Source of the DNA: Eledone cirrhosa
Taxonomy: Eukaryota
Direction: 5' to 3'
NCBI GenBank assembly: GCA_964016885.1
Contig: OZ024743.1
Span: 139,562,001 to 139,626,000 of the forward strand
DNA length: 64,000 nucleotides
Shown: in pieces, positions 22,601-34,000 of the stretch
Numbering within the stretch: the stretch's first letter is position 1
How the letters are laid out: each line of letters opens with the position of its first letter
Notes under the pieces: generated by a model
Seen by the model: only the letters and a program-made list of their open reading frames with translations
The model's database searches: none
What the model was told of the DNA's origin: nothing
Made by a program: the position numbers and the translations under genes

Positions 22601-25600
22601 GTGCTTGGTGCTTGGTGCTTGGTGTTTGGTGTTTGGTGCTTGGTGCTTGGAGTTTGGTGTTTGGTGCTTGGTGCTTGGTATTTCGTGTTTCGTGTTTGGT
22701 TTTTGGTGCTTGGTGCTTGGTGCTTGGTCCTTGGTGTTTGGTGCTGGGTGCTTGGTGTTTGGTGCTTGGTGCTTGGTCTTTGGTGCTTTGTGTTTGGTGC
22801 TTGGTGCTTGGTGTTTGGTGCTTGGTGCTTGGTGTTTGGTGCTTGGTGCTTGGTGTTTGGTTTTTGGTGCTTGGTGTTTGGTGTTTGGTGTTTGGTGCTT
22901 GCTGCTGGCTGCTTGGTGTTTGATGCATGGTGATTTGTGCTTGGTGTTTGGTGCTTGGTGTTTGGTGTTTGATGCTTGGTGCTTGGTGTTTGGTGTTTGA
23001 TGCTTGGTGCTTGGTGCTTGTTGCTTGGTGCTTGGTGTTTGGTGCTTGGTGTTTGGTGTTTGATGCTTGGTGATTGGTGTTTCTACTTGGTGCTTGGTGC
23101 TTGGTTCTTGGTATTTGGTGCTTGGTGCTTGGTGTTTGGTGTTATATGCTTGGTGTTTGATGCTTGGTGCTTGGTGCTTGGTGTTTGGTGTTTGGTGTTT
23201 GATGCTTGGTGCTTGGTGTTTGGTGCTTGGTGCTTGGTGTTTGTACTTGGTGCTTGGTGCTTGTTGCTTGGTGTTTGGTGCTTGGTATTTGGTGCTTGGT
23301 GCTTGGTGCTTGGTCCTTGGTGCTTGGTGTTTGGTGGTTGGTGTTTGGTGGTTGGTGTTAGGTGTTTGGTGCTTGGTGCTTGGTGTTTGGTGTTTGGTGC
23401 TTGGTGTTTGGTGTTTGGTGCTTGGTGTTTGGTGCTTGGTACTTGGTGCTTGGTGCTTGGTGTTAGGTGTTTGGTGCTTGGTGTTTGGTGCTTGGTGTTT
23501 GGTGCTTGGTGCTTGGTGCTTGGTGTTTGGTGGTTGGTGTTTGGTGCTTGGTGTTTGGTGCTTGGTGTTACGTGTTTGGTGCTTGGTGCTTGGTGTTTGG
23601 TGTTTGGTGCTTGGTGTTTGGTGTTTGGTGCTTGGTGTTTGGTGCTTTTTGCTTGGTGCTTGGTGCTTGGTGTTTGGTGCTGGGTGCTTGGTGCTTGGTG
23701 TTTGGTGTTATATGCTTGGTGTTTGATGCTTGGTGCTTGGTGCTTGGTGTTTGGTGTTTGGTGCTTGGTGTTTGATGCTTGGTGCTTGGTGCTTGGTGTT
23801 TGGTGTTTGGTGCTGGGTGTTTGGTGCTTGGTGCTTGGTGTTTGGTGCTTGGTGTTTGGTGCTTGGTGTTTTGTGCTTGGTGCTTGGTGCTTGGTGCTTG
23901 GTGTTTGGTGTTTGATGCTTGGTGTTTGGTGCTTGGTACTTGGTGCTTGGTGCTTGGTGTTAGGTGTTTGGTGCTTGGTGCTTGGTGTCTGGTATTTGGT
24001 GCTTGGTGCTTGGTGTTTGGTGCTTGCTGCTGGCTGCTTGGTGTTTGGTGCTTGGTGATTGGTGCTTGGTGTTTGGTGTTTGGTGCTAGGTGCTTGGTGT
24101 TTGGTGCTTGGTGCTTGGTGTTTGTACTTGGTGCTTGGTGCTTGGTTCTTGGTGTTTGGTGCTTCGTGCTTGGTGTTTGGTGCTTGGTGCTTGGTGTTTG
24201 GTGCTTGGTGTTTGGTGCTTGGTGTTTGGTGCTTGGTGCTTGGTGCTTGGTGTTTGGTGCTTGGTGTTTGGTGCTTGGTGTTAGGTGTTTGGTGCTTGGT
24301 GCTTGGTGTTTGGTGTTTGGTGCTTGGTGTTTGGTGTTTGGTGTTATATGCTTGGTGTTTGATGCTTGGTGCTTGGTGCTTGGTGTTTGGCGCTTGGTGT
24401 TTGATGCTTGGTGCTTGGTGCTTGGTGTTTGGTGCTTGGTGTTTGTACTTGGTGCTTGGTTCTTGGTTCTTGGTGTTTGGTGCCTGGTGTTTGGTGTTTG
24501 GTGCTGGTTGCTTGGTGTTTGGTGCTTGGTGCTTGGTGTTTGGTGACTGGTGCTTGGTGCTTGGTGCTGGTGTTTGGTGTTTGGTGCTTGGTGCTTGGAG
24601 TTTGGTGTTTGGTGCTTGGTGCTTGGTGTTTCGTGTTTCGTGTTTGGTTTTTGGTGCTTGGTGCTTGGTGCTTGGTCCTTGGTGTTTGGTGCTGGGTGCA
24701 TTGTGTTTGGTGCTTGGTGCTTGGTGCTTGGTGTTTGGTGTTTGCTGCTTGGTGTTTGATGCTTGGTGCTTGGTGGTTGGTGTTTTGTGTTTGGTGCTTG
24801 GTGCTTGGTGTTTGGTGCTTGGTGCTTGGTGCTTGGTGTTTGGTTCTTGGTTCTTGGATTTTGGTGTTTGGCGTTTGGTGTTTGGTGCTTGGTGCTTGGT
24901 GTTTGGTGCTTGGTGCTTGGTGTTTGGTGCCTGGTGCTTGGTGCTTGGTGCTTGGTGTTTGGTGTTTGGTGCTTGGTGCTTGGTGCTTGGAGTTTGGTGT
25001 TTGGTGCTTGGTGCTTTGTGTTTTGTGTTTGGTGTTTGGTTTTTGGTGCTTGGTGCTTGGTCATTGGTGTTTGGTGCTGGGTGCTTTGTGTTTTGTGCTT
25101 GGTGCTTGGTGTTTGGTGTTTGCTGCTTGGTGTTTGATGCTTGGTGCTTGGTGCTTGGTGTTTTGTGTTTGGTGCTTGGTTCTTGGTGTTTGGTGCTTGG
25201 TGCTTGGTACTTGGTGTTTGTACTTGGTGCTTGGTGCTTGGTGTTTGGTTCTTGGTTCTTGGTGTTTGGTACTTGGTGCTTGGTGCTCGATGTTTGGTGT
25301 TTGGTGCTTGGTGTTTGGTGCTTGGTACTTGGTGCTTGGTGCTTGGGGTTAGGTGTTTGGTGCTTGGTGCTTGGTTTTTGGTTTTTGGTGCTTGCTCCTG
25401 GCTGCTTGGTGTTTGATGCTTGGTGATTGGTGCTTGGTGTTTTGTGCTTGGTGTTTGGTGTTTGGTGCTAGGTGCTTGGTGTTTGGTGCTTGGTGCTTGG
25501 TGCTTGGTGTTTGGTGTTTGGTGTTAGGTGCTTCATGCTTGGTGTTTGGTGCTTGGTGCTGAGTGGTTGGTGTTTAGTGCTTGGTGTTTGGTGCTGGGTG

Positions 25601-25640
25601 CTTGGTGTTTGGTGCCTGGTGCTTGGTCTTTGGTGCTTGG
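19650..25640 (+). repeat. Higher-order duplication, period ~3410-3424 bp (boundaries approximate)
   Basis: Identical or near-identical ORFs at 21140/24550, 21353/24763, 21731/25141 and 21943/25353. Private markers ggtgactgg, ttggatt, ctcga (21878/25288) and gctcctggc. Confidence 0.87.
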
Positions 25641-26699
25641 TGTTTGGTGCTTTTTGCTTGGTGCTTGGTGCTTGGTGTTTGGTGCTGGGTGCTTGGTGCT
25701 TGGTGTTTGGTGTTATATGCTTGGTGTTTGATGCTTGGTGCTTGGTGCTTGGTGTTTGGTGTTTGGTGCTTGGTGTTTGATGCTTGGTGCTTGGTGCTTG
25801 GTGTTTGGTGTTTGGTGCTGGGTGTTTGGTGCTTGGTGCTTGGTGTTTGGTGCTTGGTGTTTGGTGCTTGGTGTTTTGTGCTTGGTGCTTGGTGCTTGGT
25901 GCTTGGTGTTTGGTGTTTGATGCTTGGTGTTTGGTGCTTGGTGTTAGGTGTTTGGTGCTTGGTGCTTGGTGTCTGGTTTTTGGTGCTTGGTGCTTGGTGT
26001 TTGGTGCTTGCTGCTGGCTGCTTGGTGTTTGGTGCTTGGTGATTGGTGCTTGGTGTTTGGTGTTTGGTGCTAGGTGCTTGGTGTTTGGTGCTTGGTGCTT
26101 GCTGTTTAGTGCTTGGTGCTTGGTGTTTGGTGCTTGGTGTTTGGTGCTTGGTGTTTGGTGCTTGGTGCTTGGTGCTTGGTGTTTGGTGCTTGGTGTTTGG
26201 TGCTTGGTGTTAGGTGTTTGGTGCTTGGTGCTTGGTGTTTGGTGTTTGGTGCTTGGTGTTTGGTGTTTGGTGTTATATGCTTGGTGTTTGATGCTTGGTG
26301 CTTGGTGCTTGGTGTTTGGTGCTTGGTGCTTGGTGTTTGTACTTGGTGCTTGGTGCTTGGTTCTTGGTGTTTGGTTCTTGGTGTTTGGTGTTTGGTGCTT
26401 GGTGTTTGGTGTTTGGAGTTATATGCTTGGTGTTTGATGCTTGGTGCTTGGTGCTTGGTGTTTGGTGCTTGGTGTTTGATGCTTGGTGCTTGGTGCTTGG
26501 TGTTTGGTGCTTGGTGCTTGGTGTTTGTACTTGGTGCTTGGTGCTTGGTTCTTGGTGTTTGGTGCTTGGTGCTTGGTGTTTGGTGCTTGGTGCTTGGTGT
26601 TTGGTGCTTGGTGTTTGGTGCTTGGTGTTTGGTGCTTGGTGCTTGGTGCTTAGTGCTTGGTGTTTGGTGCTTGGTGTTAGGTGTTTGGTGTTTGGTGCT

Positions 26700-29430
26700 T
26701 GGTGTTTGGTGTTTGGTGCTTGGTGTTTGGTGTTTGGTGCTTGGTGCTTTGTGTTTTGTGTTTGGTGTTTGGTTTTTGGTGCTTGGTGCTTGGTCATTGG
26801 TGTTTGGTGCTGGGTGCTTTGTGTTTTGTGCTTGGTGCTTGGTGTTTGGTGTTTGCTGCTTGGTGTTTGATGCTTGGTGCTTGGTGCTTGGTGTTTTGTG
26901 TTTGGTGCTTGGTTCTTGGTGTTTGGTGCTTGGTGCTTGGTACTTGGTGTTTGTACTTGGTGCTTGGTGCTTGGTGTTTGGTTCTTGGTTCTTGGTGTTT
27001 GGTACTTGGTGCTTGGTGCTCGATGTTTGGTGTTTGGTGCTTGGTGTTTGGTGCTTGGTACTTGGTGCTTGGTGCTTGGGGTTAGGTGTTTGGTGCTTGG
27101 TGCTTGGTGTTTGGTTTTTGGTGCTTGCTCCTGGCTGCTTGGTGTTTGATGCTTGGTGATTGGTGCTTGGTGTTTTGTGCTTGGTGTTTGGTGTTTGGTG
27201 CTAGGTGCTTGGTGTTTGGTGCTTGGTGCTTGGTGCTTGGTGTTTGGTGTTTGGTGTTAGGTGCTTCATGCTTGGTGTTTGGTGCTTGGTGCTGAGTGGT
27301 TGGTGTTTAGTGCTTGGTGTTTGGTGCTGGGTGCTTGGTGTTTGGTGCTTGGTGCTTGGTCTTTGGTGCTTGGTGTTTGGTGTTTGGTGCTTGGTGCTTG
27401 GTGCTTGGTGTTTGGTGCTTGGTGCTTGGTGTTTGGTGCTTGGTGCTTAGTGTTTGGTGCTTGGTGCTTAGTGTTTGGTGCTAGGTGCTTGGTGTTTGGT
27501 GCTTGGTGCTTGGTGTTTGGTGCCTGGTGCTTGGTGTTTGGTATTTGGTGTTTGGTGCTTGGTGCTTGGTGTTTGGTGTTTGCTGTTTGCTGTTTGGTGT
27601 TTGTTGTTTGGTGTTTGTTGTTTGGTGTTTGCTGTTTGGTGTTTGGTGTTTGCTGTATGTTGTTTGCTGTTTGGTGTTTGGTGTTTGGTGTTTGGTGCTT
27701 GGTGCTTGCTGCTGGCTGCTTGGTGCTTGGTGTTTGGTGCCTGGTGCTTGGTGCTTGGTGCTTGGTGTTTGGTGTTTGGTGCTTGGTGCTTGGAGTTTGG
27801 TGTTTGGTGCTTGGTGCTTGGTATTTCGTGTTTCGTGTTTGGTTTTTGGTGCTTGGTGTTTGGTGCTTGGTCCTTGGTGTTTGGTGCTGGGTGCTTGGTG
27901 TTTGGTGCTTGGTGCTTGGTCTTTGGTGCTTTGTGTTTGGTGCTTGGTGCTTGGTGTTTGGTGCTTGGTGCTTGGTGTTTGGTGCTTGGTGCTTGGTATT
28001 TGGTGCTTGGTGCTTGGTGTTTGGTGCTTGGTGCTTGGTGTTTGGTGCTTGGTGTTTGGTGCTTGGTGTTTGGTGCTTGGTGCTTGGTGCTTAGTGCTTG
28101 ATGTTTGGTGCTTGGTGTTAGGTGTTTGGTGCTTGGTGCTTGGTGTTTGGTGTTTGGTGCTTGGTGTTTGGTGTTTGGTGCTTGGTGCTTTGTGTTTTGT
28201 GTTTGGTGTTTGGTTTTTGGTGCTTGGTGCTTGGTCATTGGTGTTTGGTGCTGGGTGCTTTGTGTTTTGTGCTTGGTGCTTGGTGTTTGGTGTTTGCTGC
28301 TTGGTGTTTGATGCTTGGTGCTTGGTGCTTGGTGTTTTGTGTTTGGTGCTTGGTTCTTGGTGTTTGGTGCTTGGTGCTTGGTACTTGGTGTTTGTACTTG
28401 GTGCTTGGTGCTTGGTGTTTGGTTCTTGGTTCTTGGTGTTTGGTACTTGGTGCTTGGTGCTCGATGTTTGGTGTTTGGTGCTTGGTGTTTGGTGCTTGGT
28501 ACTTGGTGCTTGGTGCTTGGGGTTAGGTGTTTGGTGCTTGGTGCTTGGTGTTTGGTTTTTGGTGCTTGCTCCTGGCTGCTTGGTGTTTGATGCTTGGTGA
28601 TTGGTGCTTGGTGTTTTGTGCTTGGTGTTTGGTGTTTGGTGCTAGGTGCTTGGTGTTTGGTGCTTGGTGCTTGGTGCTTGGTGTTTGGTGTTTGGTGTTA
28701 GGTGCTTCATGCTTGGTGTTTGGTGCTTGGTGCTGAGTGGTTGGTGTTTAGTGCTTGGTGTTTGGTGCTGGGTGCTTGGTGTTTGGTGCTTGGTGCTTGG
28801 TCTTTGGTGCTTGGTGTTTGGTGTTTGGTGCTTGGTGCTTGGTGCTTGGTGTTTGGTGCTTGGTGCTTGGTGTTTGGTGCTTGGTGCTTAGTGTTTGGTG
28901 CTTGGTGCTTAGTGTTTGGTGCTAGGTGCTTGGTGTTTGGTGCTTGGTGCTTGGTGTTTGGTGCCTGGTGCTTGGTGTTTGGTATTTGGTGTTTGGTGCT
29001 TGGTGCTTGGTGTTTGCTGTTTGCTGTTTGCTGTTTGGTGTTTGTTGTTTGGTGTTTGTTGTTTGGTGTTTGCTGTTTGGTGTTTGGTGTTTGCTGTATG
29101 TTGTTTGCTGTTTGGTGTTTGGTGTTTGGTGTTTGGTGCTTGGTGCTTGCTGCTGGCTGCTTGGTGCTTGGTGTTTGGTGCCTGGTGCTTGGTGCTTGGT
29201 GCTTGGTGTTTGGTGTTTGGTGCTTGGTGCTTGGAGTTTGGTGTTTGGTGCTTGGTGCTTGGTATTTCGTGTTTCGTGTTTGGTTTTTGGTGCTTGGTGT
29301 TTGGTGCTTGGTCCTTGGTGTTTGGTGCTGGGTGCTTGGTGTTTGGTGCTTGGTGCTTGGTCTTTGGTGCTTTGTGTTTGGTGCTTGGTGCTTGGTGTTT
29401 GGTGCTTGGTGCTTGGTGTTTGGTGCTTGG
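26700..29430 (+). repeat. Tandem higher-order repeat, period 1441 bp (boundaries approximate)
   Basis: ORFs 26874/28315, 27086/28527, 27205/28646, 27261/28702 and 27475/28916. Marker ctcga at 27021/28462. Confidence 0.87.
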
Positions 29431-31069
29431 TGCTTGGTGTTTGGTTTTTGGTGCTTGGTGTTTGGTGTTTGGTGTTTGGTGCTTGCTGCTGGCTGCTTGG
29501 TGTTTGATGCATGGTGATTTGTGCTTGGTGTTTGGTGCTTGGTGTTTGGTGTTTGATGCTTGGTGCTTGGTGTTTGGTGTTTGATGCTTGGTGCTTGGTG
29601 CTTGTTGCTTGGTGCTTGGTGTTTGGTGCTTGGTGTTTGGTGTTTGATGCTTGGTGATTGGTGTTTCTACTTGGTGCTTGGTGCTTGGTTCTTGGTATTT
29701 GGTGCTTGGTGCTTGGTGTTTGGTGTTATATGCTTGGTGTTTGATGCTTAGTGCTTGGTGCTTGGTGTTTGGTGTTTGGTGTTTGATGCTTGGTGCTTGG
29801 TGTTTGGTGCTTGGTGCTTGGTGTTTGTACTTGGTGCTTGGTGCTTGGTGCTTGGTGTTTGGTGCTTGGTATTTGGTGCTTGGTGCTTGGTGCTTGGTCC
29901 TTGGTGCTTGGTGTTTGGTGGTTGGTGTTTGGTGGTTGGTGTTAGGTGTTTGGTGCTTGGTGCTTGGTGTTTGGTGTTTGGTGCTTGGTGTTTGGTGTTT
30001 GGTGCTTGGTGTTTGGTGTTTGGTGCTTGGTACTTGGTGCTTGGTGCTTGGTGTTAGGTGTTTGGTGCTTGGTGTTTGGTGCTTGGTGTTTGGTGCTTGG
30101 TGCTTGGTGTTTGTACTTGGTGCTTGGTGCTTGGTGCTTGGTGTTTGGTGCTTGGTATTTGGTGCTTGGTGCTTGGTGCTTGGTCCTTGGTGCTTGGTGT
30201 TTGGTGGTTGGTGTTTGGTGGTTGGTGTTAGGTGTTTGGTGCTTGGTGCTTGGTGTTTGGTGTTTGGTGCTTGGTGTTTGGTGTTTGGTGCTTGGTGTTT
30301 GGTGCTTGGTACTTGGTGCTTGGTGCTTGGTGTTAGGTGTTTGGTGCTTGGTGTTTGGTGCTTGGTGTTTGGTGCTTGGTGCTTGGTGCTTGGTGTTTGG
30401 TGGTTGGTGTTTGGTGCTTGGTGTTTGGTGCTTGGTGTTACGTGTTTGGTGCTTGGTGCTTGGTGTTTGGTGTTTGGTGCTTGGTGTTTGGTGTTTGGTG
30501 CTTGGTGTTTGGTGCTTTTTGCTTGGTGCTTGGTGCTTGGTGTTTGGTGCTGGGTGCTTGGTGCTTGGTGTTTGGTGTTATATGCTTGGTGTTTGATGCT
30601 TGGTGCTTGGTGCTTGGTGTTTGGTGTTTGGTGCTTGGTGTTTGATGCTTGGTGCTTGGTGCTTGGTGTTTGGTGTTTGGTGCTGGGTGTTTGGTGCTTG
30701 GTGCTTGGTGTTTGGTGCTTGGTGTTTGGTGCTTGGTGTTTTGTGCTTGGTGCTTGGTGCTTGGTGCTTGGTGTTTGGTGTTTGGTGCTTGGTGTTTGGT
30801 GCTTGGTGTTAGGTGTTTGGTGCTTGGTGCTTGGTGTCTGGTTTTTGGTGCTTGGTGCTTGGTGTTTGGTGCTTGCTGCTGGCTGCTTGGTGTTTGGTGC
30901 TTGGTGATTGGTGCTTGGTGTTTGGTGTTTGGTGCTAGGTGCTTGGTGTTTGGTGCTTGGTGCTTGGTGTTTGGTGCTTGGTGCTTGGTGTTTGGTGCTT
31001 GGTGTTTGGTGCTTGGTGTTTGGTGCTTGGTGCTTGGTGCTTGGTGTTTGGTGCTTGGTGTTTGGTGCT

Positions 31070-34000
31070 TGGTGTTAGGTGTTTGGTGCTTGGTGCTTGG
31101 TGTTTGGTGTTTGGTGCTTGGTGTTTGGTGTTTGGTGTTATATGCTTGGTGTTTGATGCTTGGTGCTTGGTGCTTGGTGTTTGGTGCTTGGTGCTTGGTG
31201 TTTGTACTTGGTGCTTGGTGCTTGGTTCTTGGTGTTTGGTTCTTGGTGTTTGGTGTTTGGTGCTTGGTGTTTGGTGTTTGGAGTTATATGCTTGGTGTTT
31301 GATGCTTGGTGCTTGGTGCTTGGTGTTTGGTGCTTGGTGTTTGATGCTTGGTGCTTGGTGCTTGGTGTTTGGTGCTTGGTGCTTGGTGTTTGTACTTGGT
31401 GCTTGGTGCTTGGTTCTTGGTGTTTGGTGCTTGGTGCTTGGTGTTTGATGCTTGGTGCTTGGTGTTTGGTGCTTGGTGTTTGGTGCTTGGTGTTTGGTGC
31501 TTGGTGCTTGGTGCTTAGTGCTTGGTGTTTGGTGCTTGGTGTTAGGTGTTTGGTGCTTGGTGCTTGGTGTTTGGTGTTTGGTGCTTGGTGTTTGGTGCTT
31601 GGTGTTTGGTGTTAGGTGTTTGGTGCTTGGTGTTTGGTGTTTGGTTCTTGGTGTTTGGTGCTTGGTGTTTGGTGCTTGGTGTTTGGTGCTTGGTACTTGG
31701 TGCTTGGTGCTTTGTGTTAGGTGTTTGGTGCTTGGTGCTTGGTGTTTGGTTTTTGGTGCTTGGTGCTTGGTGTTTGGTGTTTGGTGCTTGCTGCTGGCTG
31801 CTTGGTGTTTGATGCTTGGTGATTGGTGCTTGGTGTTTTGTGCTTGGTGTTTGGTGTTTGGTGCTAGGTGCTTGGTGTTTGGTGCTTGGTGCTTGGTGCT
31901 TGGTGTTTGGTGTTTGGTTTTAGGTGCTTGGTGCTTGGTGTTTGGTGCTTGGTGCTGGGTGGTTGGTGTTTAGTGCTTGGTGTTTGGTGCTGGGTGCTTG
32001 GTGTTTGGTGCTTGGTGCTTGGTCTTTGGTGCTTGGTGTTTGGTGTTTGGTGCTTGGTGCTTGGTGCTTGGTGTTTGGTGCTTGGTGCTTGGTGTTTGGT
32101 GCTTGGTGCTTAGTGTTTGGTGCTTGGTGCTTAGTGTTTGGTGTTTGGTGCTTGGTGCTTGGTGTTTGGTGCTTACTGTTTGGTGCTTGGTGCTTGGTGT
32201 TTGGTGTTTGCTGTTTGCTGTTTGGTGTTTGTTGTTTGGTGTTTGTTGTTTGGTGTTTGCTGTTTGGTGTTTGGTGTTTGCTTTTTGGTGTTTGGTGTTT
32301 GCTGTATGTTGTTTGGTGTTTGGTGTTTGGTGTTTGGTGTTTGGTGCTTGTTGCTTGGTGTTTGGTGCTTGGTGCTTGGTGTTTGGTGCCTGGTGCTTGG
32401 TGCTTGGTGCTTGGTGTTTGGTGTTTGGTGCTTGGTGCTTGGAGTTTGGTGTTTGGTGCTTGGTGCTTGGTGTTTCGTGTTTCGTGTTTGGTTTTTGGTG
32501 CTTGGTGCTTGGTGCTTGGTCCTTGGTGTTTGGTGCTGGGTGCATTGTGTTTGGTGCTTGGTGCTTGGTGCTTGGTGTTTGGTGTTTGCTGCTTGGCGTT
32601 TGATGCTTGGTGCTTGGTGGTTGGTGTTTTGTGTTTGGTGCTTGGTGCTTGGTGTTTGGTGCTTGGTGCTTGGAGCTTGGTGTTTGTACTTGGTGCTTGG
32701 TGATTGGTGTTTGGTTCTTGGTTCTTGGTGTTTGGTGTTTGGCGTTTGGTGTTTGGTGTATTGGTGCTTGGTGTTTGGTGCTTGGTGCTTGGTGTTTGGT
32801 GCCTGGTGCTTGGTGCTTGGTGCTTGGTGTTTGGTGTTTGGTGCTTGGTGCTTGGTGCTTGGAGTTTGGTGTTTGGTGCTTGGTGCTTTGTGTTTTGTGT
32901 TTGGTGTTTGGTTTTTGGTGCTTGGTGCTTGGTCCTTGGTGTTTGGTGCTGGGTGCTTTGTGTTTTGTGCTTGGTGCTTGGTGTTTGGTGTTTGCTGCTT
33001 GGTGTTTGATGCTTGGTGCTTGGTGCTTGGTGTTTTGTTTTTGGTGCTTGGTTCTTGGTGTTTGGTGCTTGGTGCTTGGTACTTGGTGTTTGTACTTGTT
33101 GCTTGGTGCTTGGTGTTTGGTTCTTGTTTCTTGGTGTTTGGTACTTGGTGCTTGGTGCTTGATGTTTGGTGTTTGGTGCTTGGTGTTTGGTGCTTGGTAC
33201 TTGGTGCATGGTGCTTGGTGTTAGGTGTTTGGTGCTTGGTGCTTGGTGTTTGGTTTTTGGTGCTTGGTGCTTGGTGTTTGGTGTTTGGTGCTTGCTGCTG
33301 GCTGCTTGGTGTTTGATGCTTGGTGATTGGTGCTTGGTGTTTTGTGCTTGGTGTTTGGTGTTTGGTGCTAGGTGCTTGGTGTTTGGTGCTTGGTGCTTGG
33401 TGCTTGGTGTTTGGTGTTTGGTGTTAGGTGCTTGATGCTTGGTGTTTGGTGCTTGGTGCTGGGTGGTTGGTGTTTAGTGCTTGGTGTTTGGTGCTGGGTG
33501 CTTGGTGTTTGGTGCTTGGTGCTTGGTCTTTGGTGCTTGGTGTTTGGTGTTTGGTGCTTGGTGCTTGGTGCTTGGTGTTTGGTGCTTGGTGCTTGGTGTT
33601 TGGTGCTTGGTGCTTAGTGTTTGGTGCTTGGTGCTTAGTGTTTGGTGCTAGGTGCTTGGTGTTTGGTGCTTGGTGCTTGGTGTGTGGTGCCTGGTGCTTG
33701 GTGTTTGGTGTTTGGTGTTTGGTGCTTGGTGCTTGGTGTTTGGTGTTTGCTGTTTGCTGTTTGGTGTTTGTTGTTTGGTGTTTGTTGTTTGGTGTTTGCT
33801 GTTTGGTGTTTGGTGTTTGCTTTTTGGTGTTTGGTGTTTGCTGTATGTTGTTTGTTGTTTGGTGTTTGGTGTTTGGTGTTTGGTGCTTGGTGCTTGGTGT
33901 TTGGTGCTTGGTGCTTGGTGTTTGGTGCCTGTTGCTTGGTGCTTGGTGCTTGGTGTTTGGTGTTTGGTGCTTGGTGTTTGGTGCTTGGTACTTGGTGCTT